Virus record (IMG/VR): IMGVR_UViG_3300038393_002521
Span: 1-29,511 of that record
Direction: 5' to 3' (one strand)
Origin: a virus
Lineage: Duplodnaviria > Caudoviricetes
Length of the DNA stretch: 29,511 nt
The translations under genes were made by a program, and so were the position numbers. The notes under the pieces were generated by a model. The model made no database searches. It worked only from the letters and a program-made list of their open reading frames with translations, and was not told the DNA's origin. Shown in pieces: positions 15,577 to 24,280 of the stretch (position 1 is the stretch's first letter; each line of letters starts with the position of its first letter).

Positions 15577-16130
15577 GTGCCCAGCAGCTATACTTCGGCA
15601 ACACGCCCGTTCCATGGACGGTGGGCTGGTCGAGCGAAGAGGTCTTCTGGGTCGCTGACTGTCCGTTCTTCAAGCGGCCGGCGATCCATCAACTTTCGTC
15701 GCCCGGTTCTGGAAAACCGCTGTTCGGCAAGCCGCACGGCAACCGTCAGCGCCAGGCCATCGCTCAATGCCTCTGCGACCTGTGCGGTCGACCGCTGAAG
15801 TTGTCGACAAAGGTTTCGATGTCGCATGCTCGCCCGGTTCCGCACGGCGCCGAAGGTTGGGCGATCCTCCAGGTCGAGCCGATGCTTCACCGCGAGTGCG
15901 CGGCGACGTGCATCAGACTGTGTCCGTCACTTCGGCGGGATCTCGACCAGGGGTCGCTCATCATCCGCTCGGTGACGCGCTGGCGGGCTCAATGCGCAAT
16001 CATGACCGCCGAGTATATGCGCTCGGTCACGGGTGAGAATGTCCAGGCCCTTGGGCACGCCAAGATCGAATTGCTGGAGTGGATCGATCGCGATCTCGAC
16101 TGGCTGACCAGGCAGCGAGCAGCGGCATGA
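15573..16130 (+). CDS. Cys/His-rich hypothetical protein
   Basis: PVPWTVGWS-E, GKPLFG-H-RQR, LCDLCG and EPMLHRECA-LCPSL. GTG start at 15573. Confidence 0.8.
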   Translation: MSAQQLYFGNTPVPWTVGWSSEEVFWVADCPFFKRPAIHQLSSPGSGKPLFGKPHGNRQRQAIAQCLCDLCGRPLKLSTKVSMSHARPVPHGAEGWAILQVEPMLHRECAATCIRLCPSLRRDLDQGSLIIRSVTRWRAQCAIMTAEYMRSVTGENVQALGHAKIELLEWIDRDLDWLTRQRAAA

Positions 16131-16546
16131 GAGAGCACAATCGCTCCGGCCCCGCGCTGCAGTTGCTCGCCGAGATCGACAAATGGTGCGCACGCACCGC
16201 GACGCCCGAGAATGTCATCGGCGCCTACCTGTTCCGCCACGGCGGTTTCGTCGGCCTGCTGCGGCTTCGCCATACCGTCAGCGAGGAGAAAGAAGAGGCT
16301 GTTCGCCAGTTCATGACCAAGTATCCCGACGGCTTCCATGGCGCACTCCCCAAGTGCAACGTGCGCATGCCCAAGAAGCTTGCCACGACAGCTAAGTTCA
16401 TCGCGGAGCGCGGGCAGTTGCCGGAGAAAGAACGGGTTCGTCTCAGCGAGGCCGAGATCGCCGCCCGCCGGGTCAATCGCGAAGCATGCACCTATTGCGG
16501 CGTCCGCGCCGACATCGGCTGTCGTCACCGGCGGAGCTTGGCATGA
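16127..16546 (+). CDS. Hypothetical HTH-like protein with C-terminal CxxC-CxH
   Basis: ATGA coupling. LLAEIDKWCARTAT... N-terminus and REACTYCGVRADIGCRH C-terminus. Confidence 0.75.
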   Translation: MREHNRSGPALQLLAEIDKWCARTATPENVIGAYLFRHGGFVGLLRLRHTVSEEKEEAVRQFMTKYPDGFHGALPKCNVRMPKKLATTAKFIAERGQLPEKERVRLSEAEIAARRVNREACTYCGVRADIGCRHRRSLA

Positions 16547-17091
16547 ACGACCGCACCGAGCGCATCAGCCGCGACGCATATCGCAAGCTGGTCGGTTTGC
16601 CGCCTGTAGGTCAGCAGACGGAAGTCATCGAATACAAAGGCTCGTGCTGGAAGCTTGCTCCCGTCCCCGGCGTCCGCGGCGAGGACATTACCCGCACACG
16701 CGCGACCTTCGTTCCCGGACCTCAGCACAAGGGCAAGCAGCATCACATGCTTGGGCGGCTGGGCGTCGGGATCATGAACAAGACCGAGGCCCGCTACGAG
16801 CGCGAGGTGCTCATCCCCGCCAAGGAGCGCGGTGAGTACCTCTGGTACGCGTTCGAGGGGGTCAAGCTGCGCCTCGCGAACCGCACCTTCCTCACCGTCG
16901 ATTTCTTCGCCCTCAGGCCCGACCAGGTCTTCGAGGCGATCGACGTCAAGGGCGCCAGAGCCATCGTCGAGGAGGACGCCAAGGTGAAGATGAAGGTCGC
17001 CGCGGCGATGTTCCCGTTTCAATTCAGGATGGTCTTTCCCCGTCCCCGCGCTCTGGGCGGCGGCTGGTTCACCGAGGAGGTAAAAGGATGA
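16543..17091 (+). CDS. DUF1064-like PD-(D/E)xK endonuclease
   Basis: MNKTEARY, FEGVKLRLA, VDF...IDVKG, and DAKVKMKVAA-FPF. Confidence 0.8.
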   Translation: MNDRTERISRDAYRKLVGLPPVGQQTEVIEYKGSCWKLAPVPGVRGEDITRTRATFVPGPQHKGKQHHMLGRLGVGIMNKTEARYEREVLIPAKERGEYLWYAFEGVKLRLANRTFLTVDFFALRPDQVFEAIDVKGARAIVEEDAKVKMKVAAAMFPFQFRMVFPRPRALGGGWFTEEVKG

Positions 17092-18074
17092 ACGCTTTGG
17101 GCAACAAGCGCCTCGTTATCTGTGGCTGCAACCGCGTCGCCGTCGCTGCGGCGACGACGCTCGCAACACATGATCTACCCCCCTTCAGCACGCTCTTCAT
17201 CCAAGGGCCAAGCGGGAGCGGCAAGACCCATATCCTGCGCGCCATCGAAGCGATGCATCGGGCAATTCAGCCCCAGGCGACCCGCATGCTCCTCAACGCC
17301 GGCGAGCTGATGCGCTGGCCGAACAAGGTCAACGAGGACGAGCTCCATGGCATCGACCTCCTTTTGATCGATGATCTCGACGTCGTCGCCAAGTCCGGCA
17401 TCACGCAGGAAAACCTCGTCCACATCATCGATACGATCGAGCGCCTCGCCAAGGGCCGCGTCGCGATGACGAGCTCGCTCACCACGCGCGACCTCAGCGG
17501 CATCAGCCCGCGCCTGATGTCGCGCCTCTATGCGGCGGCCGGCGTCGATATCGGACGGCCGGACGAGGCGATGCGCGCCGACATGCTCCGCGCCGAGCTC
17601 GAGCAATGGCAGGAGGTCCGCATCAGCGGTTCGCTGATTGCCTCGCTCGCCGAGCGTCTTCCGAGCGACGGCCACATCATCGCCGGCGCGGCCAAACGCA
17701 TCGCGCTGCATGTCCAAGCGACCGGCCTCGAGCCTGATGAATCCGTCGTGCTGGCGATGCTCCACAACAGCATCAACCTCACGCCCAGAATCGCCGTCTC
17801 CCTGATCCAGACGCACACTGCCAAGCATTTTCACATCCCGGCGCGCGAGATGACCTCAGATCGCCGGGCCCGCGAGGTCGCACGGCCGCGCCAGGTCTCG
17901 ATGTATCTATGCAAGCTCCTGACACCCAAGTCGCTGCCCGACATCGGCAATCTGCATGGCGGGCGCGATCATACGACCGTCATCCATGCGGTGAAGCAGA
18001 TCGAGAAGCTCCGCGCTGTCGACGGCGACCTCGATAGCTCCATCCGCGTTATCGAGCGTGAGCTCACGCATTGA
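17088..18074 (+). CDS. dnaA: DnaA-like protein, domains III (AAA+) and IV only
   Basis: Walker A GPSGSGKTH, Walker B LLLIDD, RLMSRL, and domain IV RPRQVSMYL...SLPDIG...GGRDHTTVIHA. It starts right at domain III. Confidence 0.9.
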   Translation: MNALGNKRLVICGCNRVAVAAATTLATHDLPPFSTLFIQGPSGSGKTHILRAIEAMHRAIQPQATRMLLNAGELMRWPNKVNEDELHGIDLLLIDDLDVVAKSGITQENLVHIIDTIERLAKGRVAMTSSLTTRDLSGISPRLMSRLYAAAGVDIGRPDEAMRADMLRAELEQWQEVRISGSLIASLAERLPSDGHIIAGAAKRIALHVQATGLEPDESVVLAMLHNSINLTPRIAVSLIQTHTAKHFHIPAREMTSDRRAREVARPRQVSMYLCKLLTPKSLPDIGNLHGGRDHTTVIHAVKQIEKLRAVDGDLDSSIRVIERELTH

Positions 18075-18400
18075 GTTGGAGGTGGCCTCGACTGCGTGAA
18101 TCGCTTCGTCGTCGCGATGGCGAGCGCTGCCGGCGTTGTAAGGAGCCTGAGCGGCGCTGCTGGCGGTTCATGGCCTTGCGGATCAGCGACGACTGGCCGG
18201 ACTTCAGCAGATACTCCGAGATTCACCTCTGCTCGAATTTGGAGATCGACCATGTCATTGCGCGGCGGCTGGGGGGCAAGACGCGCCTGAGCAATCTCCA
18301 GCTGCTCTGCATCCCATGCCACAAGCAAAAGACGTCCTACGAGCGACTCCTTTGGCCGCAGCGCGCGCATAAGCGGCTTCCTACTAGGTTGTTCGCATGA
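18071..18400 (+). CDS. HNH endonuclease
   Basis: RRDGERCRRC, LEIDHVIA-GG-NLQLLCIPCHKQKT. TTG start. Confidence 0.88.
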   Translation: MSWRWPRLRESLRRRDGERCRRCKEPERRCWRFMALRISDDWPDFSRYSEIHLCSNLEIDHVIARRLGGKTRLSNLQLLCIPCHKQKTSYERLLWPQRAHKRLPTRLFA

Positions 18401-19494
18401 GCCGCGAAGTGGAATCATGGGCTCGGCAGCAGAAGACTGGAAATCCAGTCCGCAAAGCGGTGCTCGTCGCACTCGCTAACCAAGCCGATAGCCTCGGCCA
18501 GAATTGCTTCCCGTCGATCAACTTCCTTGCCGAAGAGGTGGAAGTCGATCCGCGCACCATTCAGCGACGCCTGAAAGAGCTTAAAGCAATGCAGCTGATC
18601 GATTGGGGAGTGCGGCTACGGGCCGACGGATCTCAATCATCCAACTGCTACACCTTCATTGGGTATGTCCCACCGAGGCTTTCCCATCGTCCCGCTCCTA
18701 CGCCACTCAAAGGGGGTGGCAAAATGCCGGGGGGTGCCAAATTGCCATCCCTGGGTGACGCCAGCGCCACCGGGCCCCACGACACTGTTGTCACCCCAAG
18801 GACTCCTGACGAATTACCTTTCCCCCCCACTGCTGAAGATAAATCTCCAGCAGTGTCGCCCCCCAAGGGTGGCGAACCGCCGGTTGATGATCAGCAGGAG
18901 GTCGAAGAGCCGAGGGCAAGGCGCGGGACACGGCTTCCCGAGGACTGGAGCCCGCCGCCGATCGACACGCTGCCGCAGACCGTGCAGGCCGTCGTCGCCC
19001 AATGGCCGAAGGGCGCCTACGAGTTCGTCGCTGCGGGCTTCGCTGGCTACTGGACGGCGGAGAACGGCCGGCGGGCGAGCAAGCGCAACTGGCGAGCTGC
19101 CTGGGTGAAGTGGCTGACGGCCGAGGGTGTCCGGGTGCTGGCGATGGCACGGAACGGCATCAAGTTCTTCTCCGGCACCGTGAAGCTTGCTGACGACGAA
19201 GCGCTCGCCGACCTCGAACGGCTGCGCAGCTCCGAAGACGAATGCGTCGCCAAATTGCGGGATCATCTGCGCAAGGATCTCGGCGCCCAGACCTATGACG
19301 GCTGGCTGAGGCCGACCGTAATCGGCATCCACCCCGGGCACCTCACCGACTGGTACGTCAACGTTATCTGCCCGAGCGCTTTCATGGCTGATTGGGTCGA
19401 GCGCAACTTCAAGCCGACCATCACCGCCATGGCCTGCCGGATCCTCGAGACCGACAGCCTCACCATCCAGTTCGAGATTGTGAGCGACCGCTGA
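18397..19494 (+). CDS. Phage replication initiator: N-terminal HTH plus C-terminal DnaA domain I
   Basis: KAVLVALAN-AD...CFPSINFLAEEVEVDPRTIQRRLKEL...SNCY, then RGTRLPEDWSP, then C-terminal LRKDLGAQTYDGWLRP...PSAFMADWVERNF. Confidence 0.88.
   Translation: MSREVESWARQQKTGNPVRKAVLVALANQADSLGQNCFPSINFLAEEVEVDPRTIQRRLKELKAMQLIDWGVRLRADGSQSSNCYTFIGYVPPRLSHRPAPTPLKGGGKMPGGAKLPSLGDASATGPHDTVVTPRTPDELPFPPTAEDKSPAVSPPKGGEPPVDDQQEVEEPRARRGTRLPEDWSPPPIDTLPQTVQAVVAQWPKGAYEFVAAGFAGYWTAENGRRASKRNWRAAWVKWLTAEGVRVLAMARNGIKFFSGTVKLADDEALADLERLRSSEDECVAKLRDHLRKDLGAQTYDGWLRPTVIGIHPGHLTDWYVNVICPSAFMADWVERNFKPTITAMACRILETDSLTIQFEIVSDR
18712..18797. repeat. Iteron-like repeats (putative phage origin) inside the rep gene
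   Basis: GGGGGTGGCAAAATGCC (18712), GGGGGTGCCAAATTGCC (18730), GGGTGACGCCAGCGCC (18753) and an inverted GGGGTGACAACAGTGTC (18781-18797). Confidence 0.65.
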
Positions 19495-19811
19495 TGCCGG
19501 TGCGCGTTCAACTCAGCCGCAAGAAGGGCTGGCGGATGCCGCCCAACACCGTGAAGGTCGATCGCACGACCCGCTGGGGCAATTGGCATCGGGCGGGCGG
19601 ACCTGTCTGGCGCAACAAGGGATTCGGCAAGGTGCGGGACGCCGCAGAGGCTGTCGAACTGTTCAGGCGGCTCCAGGCACCCGTCATGAGCGATATCGCG
19701 CGGCTGCGCGGCAAGAACCTAGCCTGTTGGTGCGCGCCAGGTGAGCCGTGTCACGCCGATGTGCTGTTGGAATTGGCTAACCGGCCACTGGCGATCGCCG
19801 ATGCCGAGTAG
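19494..19811 (+). CDS. DUF4326 domain protein
   Basis: RVQLSRKKGWRMP, VDRTTRWGN and LRGKNLACWC...CHADVLLELAN. Confidence 0.9.
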   Translation: MPVRVQLSRKKGWRMPPNTVKVDRTTRWGNWHRAGGPVWRNKGFGKVRDAAEAVELFRRLQAPVMSDIARLRGKNLACWCAPGEPCHADVLLELANRPLAIADAE

Positions 19812-19992
19812 CCTGGCGCGCTTCGCCCACCTCTGGGGAGAAGAGCATGACGAGCATGCCCGCAAGCTCGCTCGCGAGGCCTTCCACAATCACGGGATCA
19901 TCCTGCTCAGGCCCGGCTGGCTACCCGGATGGGCTGATCGAAAGCAGGCCGAGCAGTTGGCCGAGAAGGTCCACGGGAAGCGGAGGAGCTGA
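19801..19992 (+). CDS. Hypothetical protein
   Basis: 63-aa ORF from ATG 19801, tiling the operon. Confidence 0.7.
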   Translation: MPSSLARFAHLWGEEHDEHARKLAREAFHNHGIILLRPGWLPGWADRKQAEQLAEKVHGKRRS

Positions 19993-19993
19993 G

Positions 19994-20827
19994 TTGTCGG
20001 GGGAGGGAAAGAAACCGCGGATCAAGCGCCCGCCAGGCTGGTATGGGAAGCAGGCGCGCGAGGAACGCCGACGCCAGCGCCACGAGCGCCGGCAGGAGCG
20101 TCTCGCCATGCTCGAGGAGCGGCGGCAGCGCGTCGAGAAGGCGCGGCGGCAATACATCGAGCATCAGGAGAAGGTCGCTCGCCGCATCGCGACCGCCGCC
20201 GAGGAGAAGGTCAGGAAAGCGCCCCGGCTCGTGAACGGGATCGCCGCCCTCGAGGGCGAGAGCGACGCGATGTATCAGGCGCGGGTCGAATCCCTCCGCC
20301 AGATCGTCGGCCGCTCGCGCATGCTCAAGCGCTGGGATCACAAGAACGAGGGCACGGCCGAGACCCACGAGAACGCCGCCCGCACCCGGCAGGGCGCGCT
20401 CGCTAGGATGTTCATGGCGGGCCACATCAATGCGGATCAGCTCGGCTGGGCATGCGAGATCGCGGCCGTCGCGGAATCGATCGAGGCGGACGTCGCCGTG
20501 CGCGCCCAGGCCTACGAGATGCGGGTCGACTACAGCGGCAGCGGCCGGAACAGCCTTGTCGAAGGCATCATGCGGGTGCGGCGCGAGGTCGCCTACGGCT
20601 GGTGGCGCGAGCGGATCCCCGAGCCGAGGCGAGCAGTGCTCGACATGCTGGTCGGCGAGCCGGTCTCCTATTCAATGATCGCCATCCAGTTTCGCATGGG
20701 AAAGGCCCGCGCCCGGCGCCTGCTGATCGATGCTCTCGACCTCTGGCCGGACGCGATGCGGCACGCCGAGCGCGAGGTCGACGACGCTAGCCTGGCGGCG
20801 GCGCATTCCGGAATCATGGGAGGATGA
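19994..20827 (+). CDS. Putative late-gene regulator (Q-position protein) with basic N-terminus and C-terminal HTH
   Basis: TTG start after GGAGGAG. C-terminal YSMIAIQFRMGKARARRLLIDALDLW is HTH-like. It sits after the replication genes, so the function is inferred from position. Confidence 0.6.
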   Translation: MSGEGKKPRIKRPPGWYGKQAREERRRQRHERRQERLAMLEERRQRVEKARRQYIEHQEKVARRIATAAEEKVRKAPRLVNGIAALEGESDAMYQARVESLRQIVGRSRMLKRWDHKNEGTAETHENAARTRQGALARMFMAGHINADQLGWACEIAAVAESIEADVAVRAQAYEMRVDYSGSGRNSLVEGIMRVRREVAYGWWRERIPEPRRAVLDMLVGEPVSYSMIAIQFRMGKARARRLLIDALDLWPDAMRHAEREVDDASLAAAHSGIMGG

Positions 20828-20829
20828 GA

Positions 20830-20973
20830 ATGCGCAAGTTCGCAATCGATGTCGTCGTTGCGATCCCCGCCGTGATGACGGCTGCGCTGATCATGTTCGC
20901 CGTCATGGATGGGCCGCTCATCCACGCCCTCTACCGGGACGGCAAAGCGAAGCGCGAAGGAAAACCCCTATGA
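20830..20973 (+). CDS. Small membrane protein (47 aa)
   Basis: Translated by hand as MRKFAIDVVVAIPAVMTAALIMFAVMDG.... Its stop overlaps the next ATG. Confidence 0.6.
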   Translation: MRKFAIDVVVAIPAVMTAALIMFAVMDGPLIHALYRDGKAKREGKPL

Positions 20974-21326
20974 CCACACCTAACCCACATCGAGAAAGGA
21001 TCAGCTTCGATCCGGAGCGCTATCCCTGCGGCCACCCCCGCACCGAGTTCAACACCAAATACGGCAAGAGAAAAAATGGGACGCAGACTAAACGCTGCCG
21101 CATGTGCCGCAATTTGACGCGAAAACCCGGACCGGCAGACCGGGAGCGTGCTCGTCGCCGCTCAGCCGACGCCCATCGGAAAGACGCCGCGGCCGATTTG
21201 TATAACGCCTTAAATGCCATTGTCGCTGAAGCCGATAATTCGCACGGTGACTCCATAGCCGTCACTGCTCTAGCCCAACGTATCGGGCGTCCAGCATTAG
21301 CCAAAGCACGAGGCGAACCAGCATGA
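20970..21326 (+). CDS. Hypothetical protein with CGH...CxxC zinc motif
   Basis: PCGHPRTEFNT...RCRMCR, with ATGA coupling. Confidence 0.7.
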   Translation: MTTPNPHRERISFDPERYPCGHPRTEFNTKYGKRKNGTQTKRCRMCRNLTRKPGPADRERARRRSADAHRKDAAADLYNALNAIVAEADNSHGDSIAVTALAQRIGRPALAKARGEPA

Positions 21327-21613
21327 CAAACCAAAAAGCAGGGGCAGCACTGCCTATTGTGGATCGGGTTGCGCGCGCGATTGGCGAAGATGAACGCTCT
21401 CGTTGCGGTGGCACGCCGTACACCGGAGATGATCCACGCTTCGATCCATGGTTGACTGACGGCCATCTCAGTGCAGCTCGGGCCGCCCTCGAAGCATCTC
21501 ATCATGCAGAGCTTGTGGAGCGACTTCGTAACGCAATGAAGCTCTTAAATCAGAGCGGAATTGGCACTCCTACGGATGACGCCCTCCTCGCCAAGCTCGA
21601 AGGTGACGTATGA
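21323..21613 (+). CDS. Hypothetical protein
   Basis: IVDRVARAI...ARAALEA pattern, with ATGA coupling. Confidence 0.7.
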   Translation: MTNQKAGAALPIVDRVARAIGEDERSRCGGTPYTGDDPRFDPWLTDGHLSAARAALEASHHAELVERLRNAMKLLNQSGIGTPTDDALLAKLEGDV

Positions 21614-21771
21614 CACTGATCTTACTCATTGGCGGCATGGTCTGCCTACTCGTCGGTTGGGTGTTCTTCTACCTCAACCTGAACTCGCCAATCCAGACGC
21701 GCATCCCGGCATTCACTCTGCCCACTGGTGCCGTGCTGGTGCTGCTCGGATTAGGAAGGCTGATCGCATGA
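21610..21771 (+). CDS. Small 2-TM membrane protein (53 aa)
   Basis: Translated by hand as MTLILLIGGMVCLLVGWVFF...GAVLVLLGLGRLIA. ATGA overlaps at both ends. Confidence 0.65.
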   Translation: MTLILLIGGMVCLLVGWVFFYLNLNSPIQTRIPAFTLPTGAVLVLLGLGRLIA

Positions 21772-22115
21772 CAACAGGTGAAGATGGAGAAGTGCTGCAG
21801 GAGAAGATCAGCGAGCTGCTACCCAAACTTCGCGGTGATTGCGGAGGTTATTGGACAACCGAAGCCGCCGATCTTCTCGCACTCGTGATGGAGGAGAACG
21901 AGGCGCTGAAGCACGATCTAGAGCAGCAAATGACGATAGCCAACATCGAGTGCAATGAAGCTGAGCGGTTGCGGACAGTGCTGGGAAACGTCCGGAGGGT
22001 TGCGGATCGCGCGACTAGAGGGCCGGGACCTTCGGGAGCGCCGAGTGACGCTGAGTTTATCATAGAGCTAATCGACACCGCCCTTTCCCCGAAAAGCGAG
22101 GAGAAGCAGCCATGA
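21768..22115 (+). CDS. Hypothetical coiled-coil protein
   Basis: ATG 21768 is coupled to the upstream stop. EAADLL...ENEALK...EAERLR pattern. Confidence 0.7.
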   Translation: MTTGEDGEVLQEKISELLPKLRGDCGGYWTTEAADLLALVMEENEALKHDLEQQMTIANIECNEAERLRTVLGNVRRVADRATRGPGPSGAPSDAEFIIELIDTALSPKSEEKQP

Positions 22116-22387
22116 TTACTCTGTTGTTGGCCGGGTTGGTAAGCTGCGGCTTTCAGGATGCGAAGGCAACCCAGTGCGTCGAGGTTGAAGGCGGCAAGGT
22201 GCGCGCTGTGACTGGCGCAGATCAGAGGTTCGCGCTGGAACGCAAGATCATTTGCGCTCGCAAGGAAACCGGCGAGGATATGGACCTAGAAGACCCGGCA
22301 ATCCTGATATTCTGGGACAAGGGCGAGAGCCGCGACAACGCGATGGTCGATTTGGCCGGCGAGCGAGCGAACGGCTGCGACCAATGA
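22112..22387 (+). CDS. Hypothetical protein with signal/lipoprotein-like N-terminus
   Basis: MITLLLAGLVSC, with ATGA coupling. Confidence 0.65.
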   Translation: MITLLLAGLVSCGFQDAKATQCVEVEGGKVRAVTGADQRFALERKIICARKETGEDMDLEDPAILIFWDKGESRDNAMVDLAGERANGCDQ

Positions 22388-22641
22388 AAAGCGAGAAGAA
22401 GGCACTCGAACGCGAGATCGGCAAGCTTACTTCAGCGGAAGCCTTTGCTTTATCTGGTGCGCGATACGGTCCTTCGGTCGGCGGCTACTATTTTCGTCTC
22501 GCAGTTCGATCCGACGTACGGCGTAGGCTCGTCGAGAGAGGCTATGCCAGCAAGCGCATCCCTAATTTGCTCACTGCCAAGGGTGAGCGCGTCGCCGCCG
22601 TCCTAAGAGCACGAGATGGAGGAAGTCGTAATGGTCATTGA
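22384..22641 (+). CDS. Hypothetical protein (wHTH-like)
   Basis: RRLVERGYA...LTAKGERVA, with ATG at 22384. Confidence 0.65.
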   Translation: MKSEKKALEREIGKLTSAEAFALSGARYGPSVGGYYFRLAVRSDVRRRLVERGYASKRIPNLLTAKGERVAAVLRARDGGSRNGH

Positions 22642-22873
22642 CGAACCGGCGATGTGGAACCTCATTCCCGCCACCAAACGCGACCGTGTTCTTTGCGCAG
22701 CCAAAGCGATGTGCCGCAGCCGTGACGCGGACGACGGCGACGACCCCGACGACTATAATGTGCACTGCGAGGATTGCGACACGCCAAAGGGTGGTAGCTG
22801 CATAGCCTTCGCGCTGTACGGCCACATGGCGCTTGAAGTGATTGAGGCGCTCGACCGTGAAGGGAAGTCGTAA
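22631..22873 (+). CDS. Hypothetical Cys-containing protein
   Basis: GGAGG RBS before ATG 22631. Contains a CEDC motif. Confidence 0.65.
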   Translation: MVIDEPAMWNLIPATKRDRVLCAAKAMCRSRDADDGDDPDDYNVHCEDCDTPKGGSCIAFALYGHMALEVIEALDREGKS

Positions 22874-23064
22874 TGGGTGAGGTTGAGCTAAAGCTGGGGT
22901 GGCAGCCGATTGAGACTGCGCCGAAAGGGCGGCGGGCTCGGTTCTTGGTGTTTGCGGACAGGGTCTACGTTGGCAATCGTTATTCTTCTTTCGCCGGACG
23001 TGGCTTTGATGTCCTGTGCCCGACTCACTGGATGCCGCTCCCCGAACCGCCCGCCAAGCCCTGA
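22873..23064 (+). CDS. DUF551-like protein
   Basis: WQPIETAPK ... PTHWMPLPEPP. Confidence 0.85.
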   Translation: MGEVELKLGWQPIETAPKGRRARFLVFADRVYVGNRYSSFAGRGFDVLCPTHWMPLPEPPAKP

Positions 23065-23361
23065 ATGACGACGGTAGCAGAGATAGATGCTATTGCGGAC
23101 GAGCTTTCTCCATCCATGCGCCATGTGCTGCGCCGATGCTCGGACGACGTCGATTGGACGCTCGTCGATCATGTTGCGACCTGGCCGCGAGAATGGCCGG
23201 ACGTTGTTGCTGGGCGGAAAGGCGTCAGCTTCCGCGGCACCGTGCGAGCGCTCGAGCGGCGCGGGCTTGTCGAGATCGTCGCCGATCCGAAGCGCTGGCA
23301 CTGCGTCCGCCTCACTCGCGAGGGTCTTCGCGTGCAGGCCGCGCTGAGGCTCCGTGATTGA
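23065..23361 (+). CDS. Hypothetical protein (wHTH-like)
   Basis: TVRALERRGLVE...VRLTREGLRV. Confidence 0.7.
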   Translation: MTTVAEIDAIADELSPSMRHVLRRCSDDVDWTLVDHVATWPREWPDVVAGRKGVSFRGTVRALERRGLVEIVADPKRWHCVRLTREGLRVQAALRLRD

Positions 23362-23376
23362 TGCCGAAAAAATCTG

Positions 23377-23405
23377 TTGCGTTTCGGCCCGAATATGCCA
23401 ATTTT
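23377..23405 (+). promoter_or_regulatory. Putative late promoter (PR'-like)
   Basis: TTGCGT, a 17-nt spacer containing GGCCCGAATA, then AATTTT. Shares the motif and spacing with 59-87. Confidence 0.55.
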
Positions 23406-23444
23406 CACCGCGAGACGGATTGCGAGCCCTGCTCATCGACACCG

Positions 23445-23476
23445 GAAAAGCCGCAGTTTTCTGCGGCTTTTCTCTT
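23445..23476 (+). terminator. Intrinsic terminator (likely bidirectional)
   Basis: GAAAAGCCGCAG-TTTT-CTGCGGCTTTTC, a perfect 12-bp inverted repeat with U/A tails. Confidence 0.85.
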
Positions 23477-23620
23477 AGGCGGAGTTGCCGGTTGAGCGCC
23501 CTGCCCTCACATCCGAAAATAAAGTTCGGTGCTTTGCCGGCCTCATCGGCGGAGCCTCGGCCACCGGCGGCGACATGCCGAAATTCCCTTTCACATGCCC
23601 GCCGTCGGAAGGCCGGTTGA

Positions 23621-24280
23621 TTGCCCCGTGCGATCGCAGATCCGAGCGCCCGCATCGAGCTGCTGAAGGCTCGCCGCGCCAAGTTCGTCAAGTCGAAGAT
23701 CAAGGGGCCGGTGCAGGCCGAGGAGCTGGCGCAGATCGTCGGCATGTCGTGGCGGTCGACCCTGAAGCCCATGGTCGACGAGGACCCCAACTTCCCGTGC
23801 CTGATGCGCGGCAGCGAGGGCGTCGCCTACAAGTTCGATGCGCTGAAAGCCATCGACTACATCATCAAGGTGCTGGCCGCGAAGCTCAAGGAGCGGACGA
23901 CCAGGATCGCCGCGATGGCGGAGATGGCCGGGTTCGACCCGCAGCTCGCCGAGGCGGGGATGTCGCTCGATGAATTGCGGACTTTGGATGCACTCCAGGT
24001 CTCGATGCAGCGGCGCAAGATCGAGCAGCGTAATTATGTGCCGCTTGCCGAGTTCGAGGCGACGATCGCCGATATCTTTTCCACGATCCAGGCCGAGCTT
24101 TTGTCGACGGCTGGCCGGCTCGACCCATCGGGCCGCTGGCCGGCGGCGGTGCGGAACGCAGTGAGGGAGGAAATGCGCAGCGTACTTGTCAGGACGCATG
24201 ACAAGCTGGGCAAGCGCCTGAACCCCAATGCTGCAACCGCTCCTCGCCGTACAGGAAGAGCTCGATCGGCTCGGACGTGA
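23621..24280 (+). CDS. Terminase small subunit (Nu1-like)
   Basis: wHTH-like ELAQIVGMSW...G-EGVAYKFD followed by coiled coils. Overlaps the large subunit. Confidence 0.75.
   Translation: MPRAIADPSARIELLKARRAKFVKSKIKGPVQAEELAQIVGMSWRSTLKPMVDEDPNFPCLMRGSEGVAYKFDALKAIDYIIKVLAAKLKERTTRIAAMAEMAGFDPQLAEAGMSLDELRTLDALQVSMQRRKIEQRNYVPLAEFEATIADIFSTIQAELLSTAGRLDPSGRWPAAVRNAVREEMRSVLVRTHDKLGKRLNPNAATAPRRTGRARSART

Noticed and set aside
22888-23790. 300-aa minus-strand ORF
   Set aside because: It overlaps several better-supported plus-strand genes and a terminator, and has no motifs.
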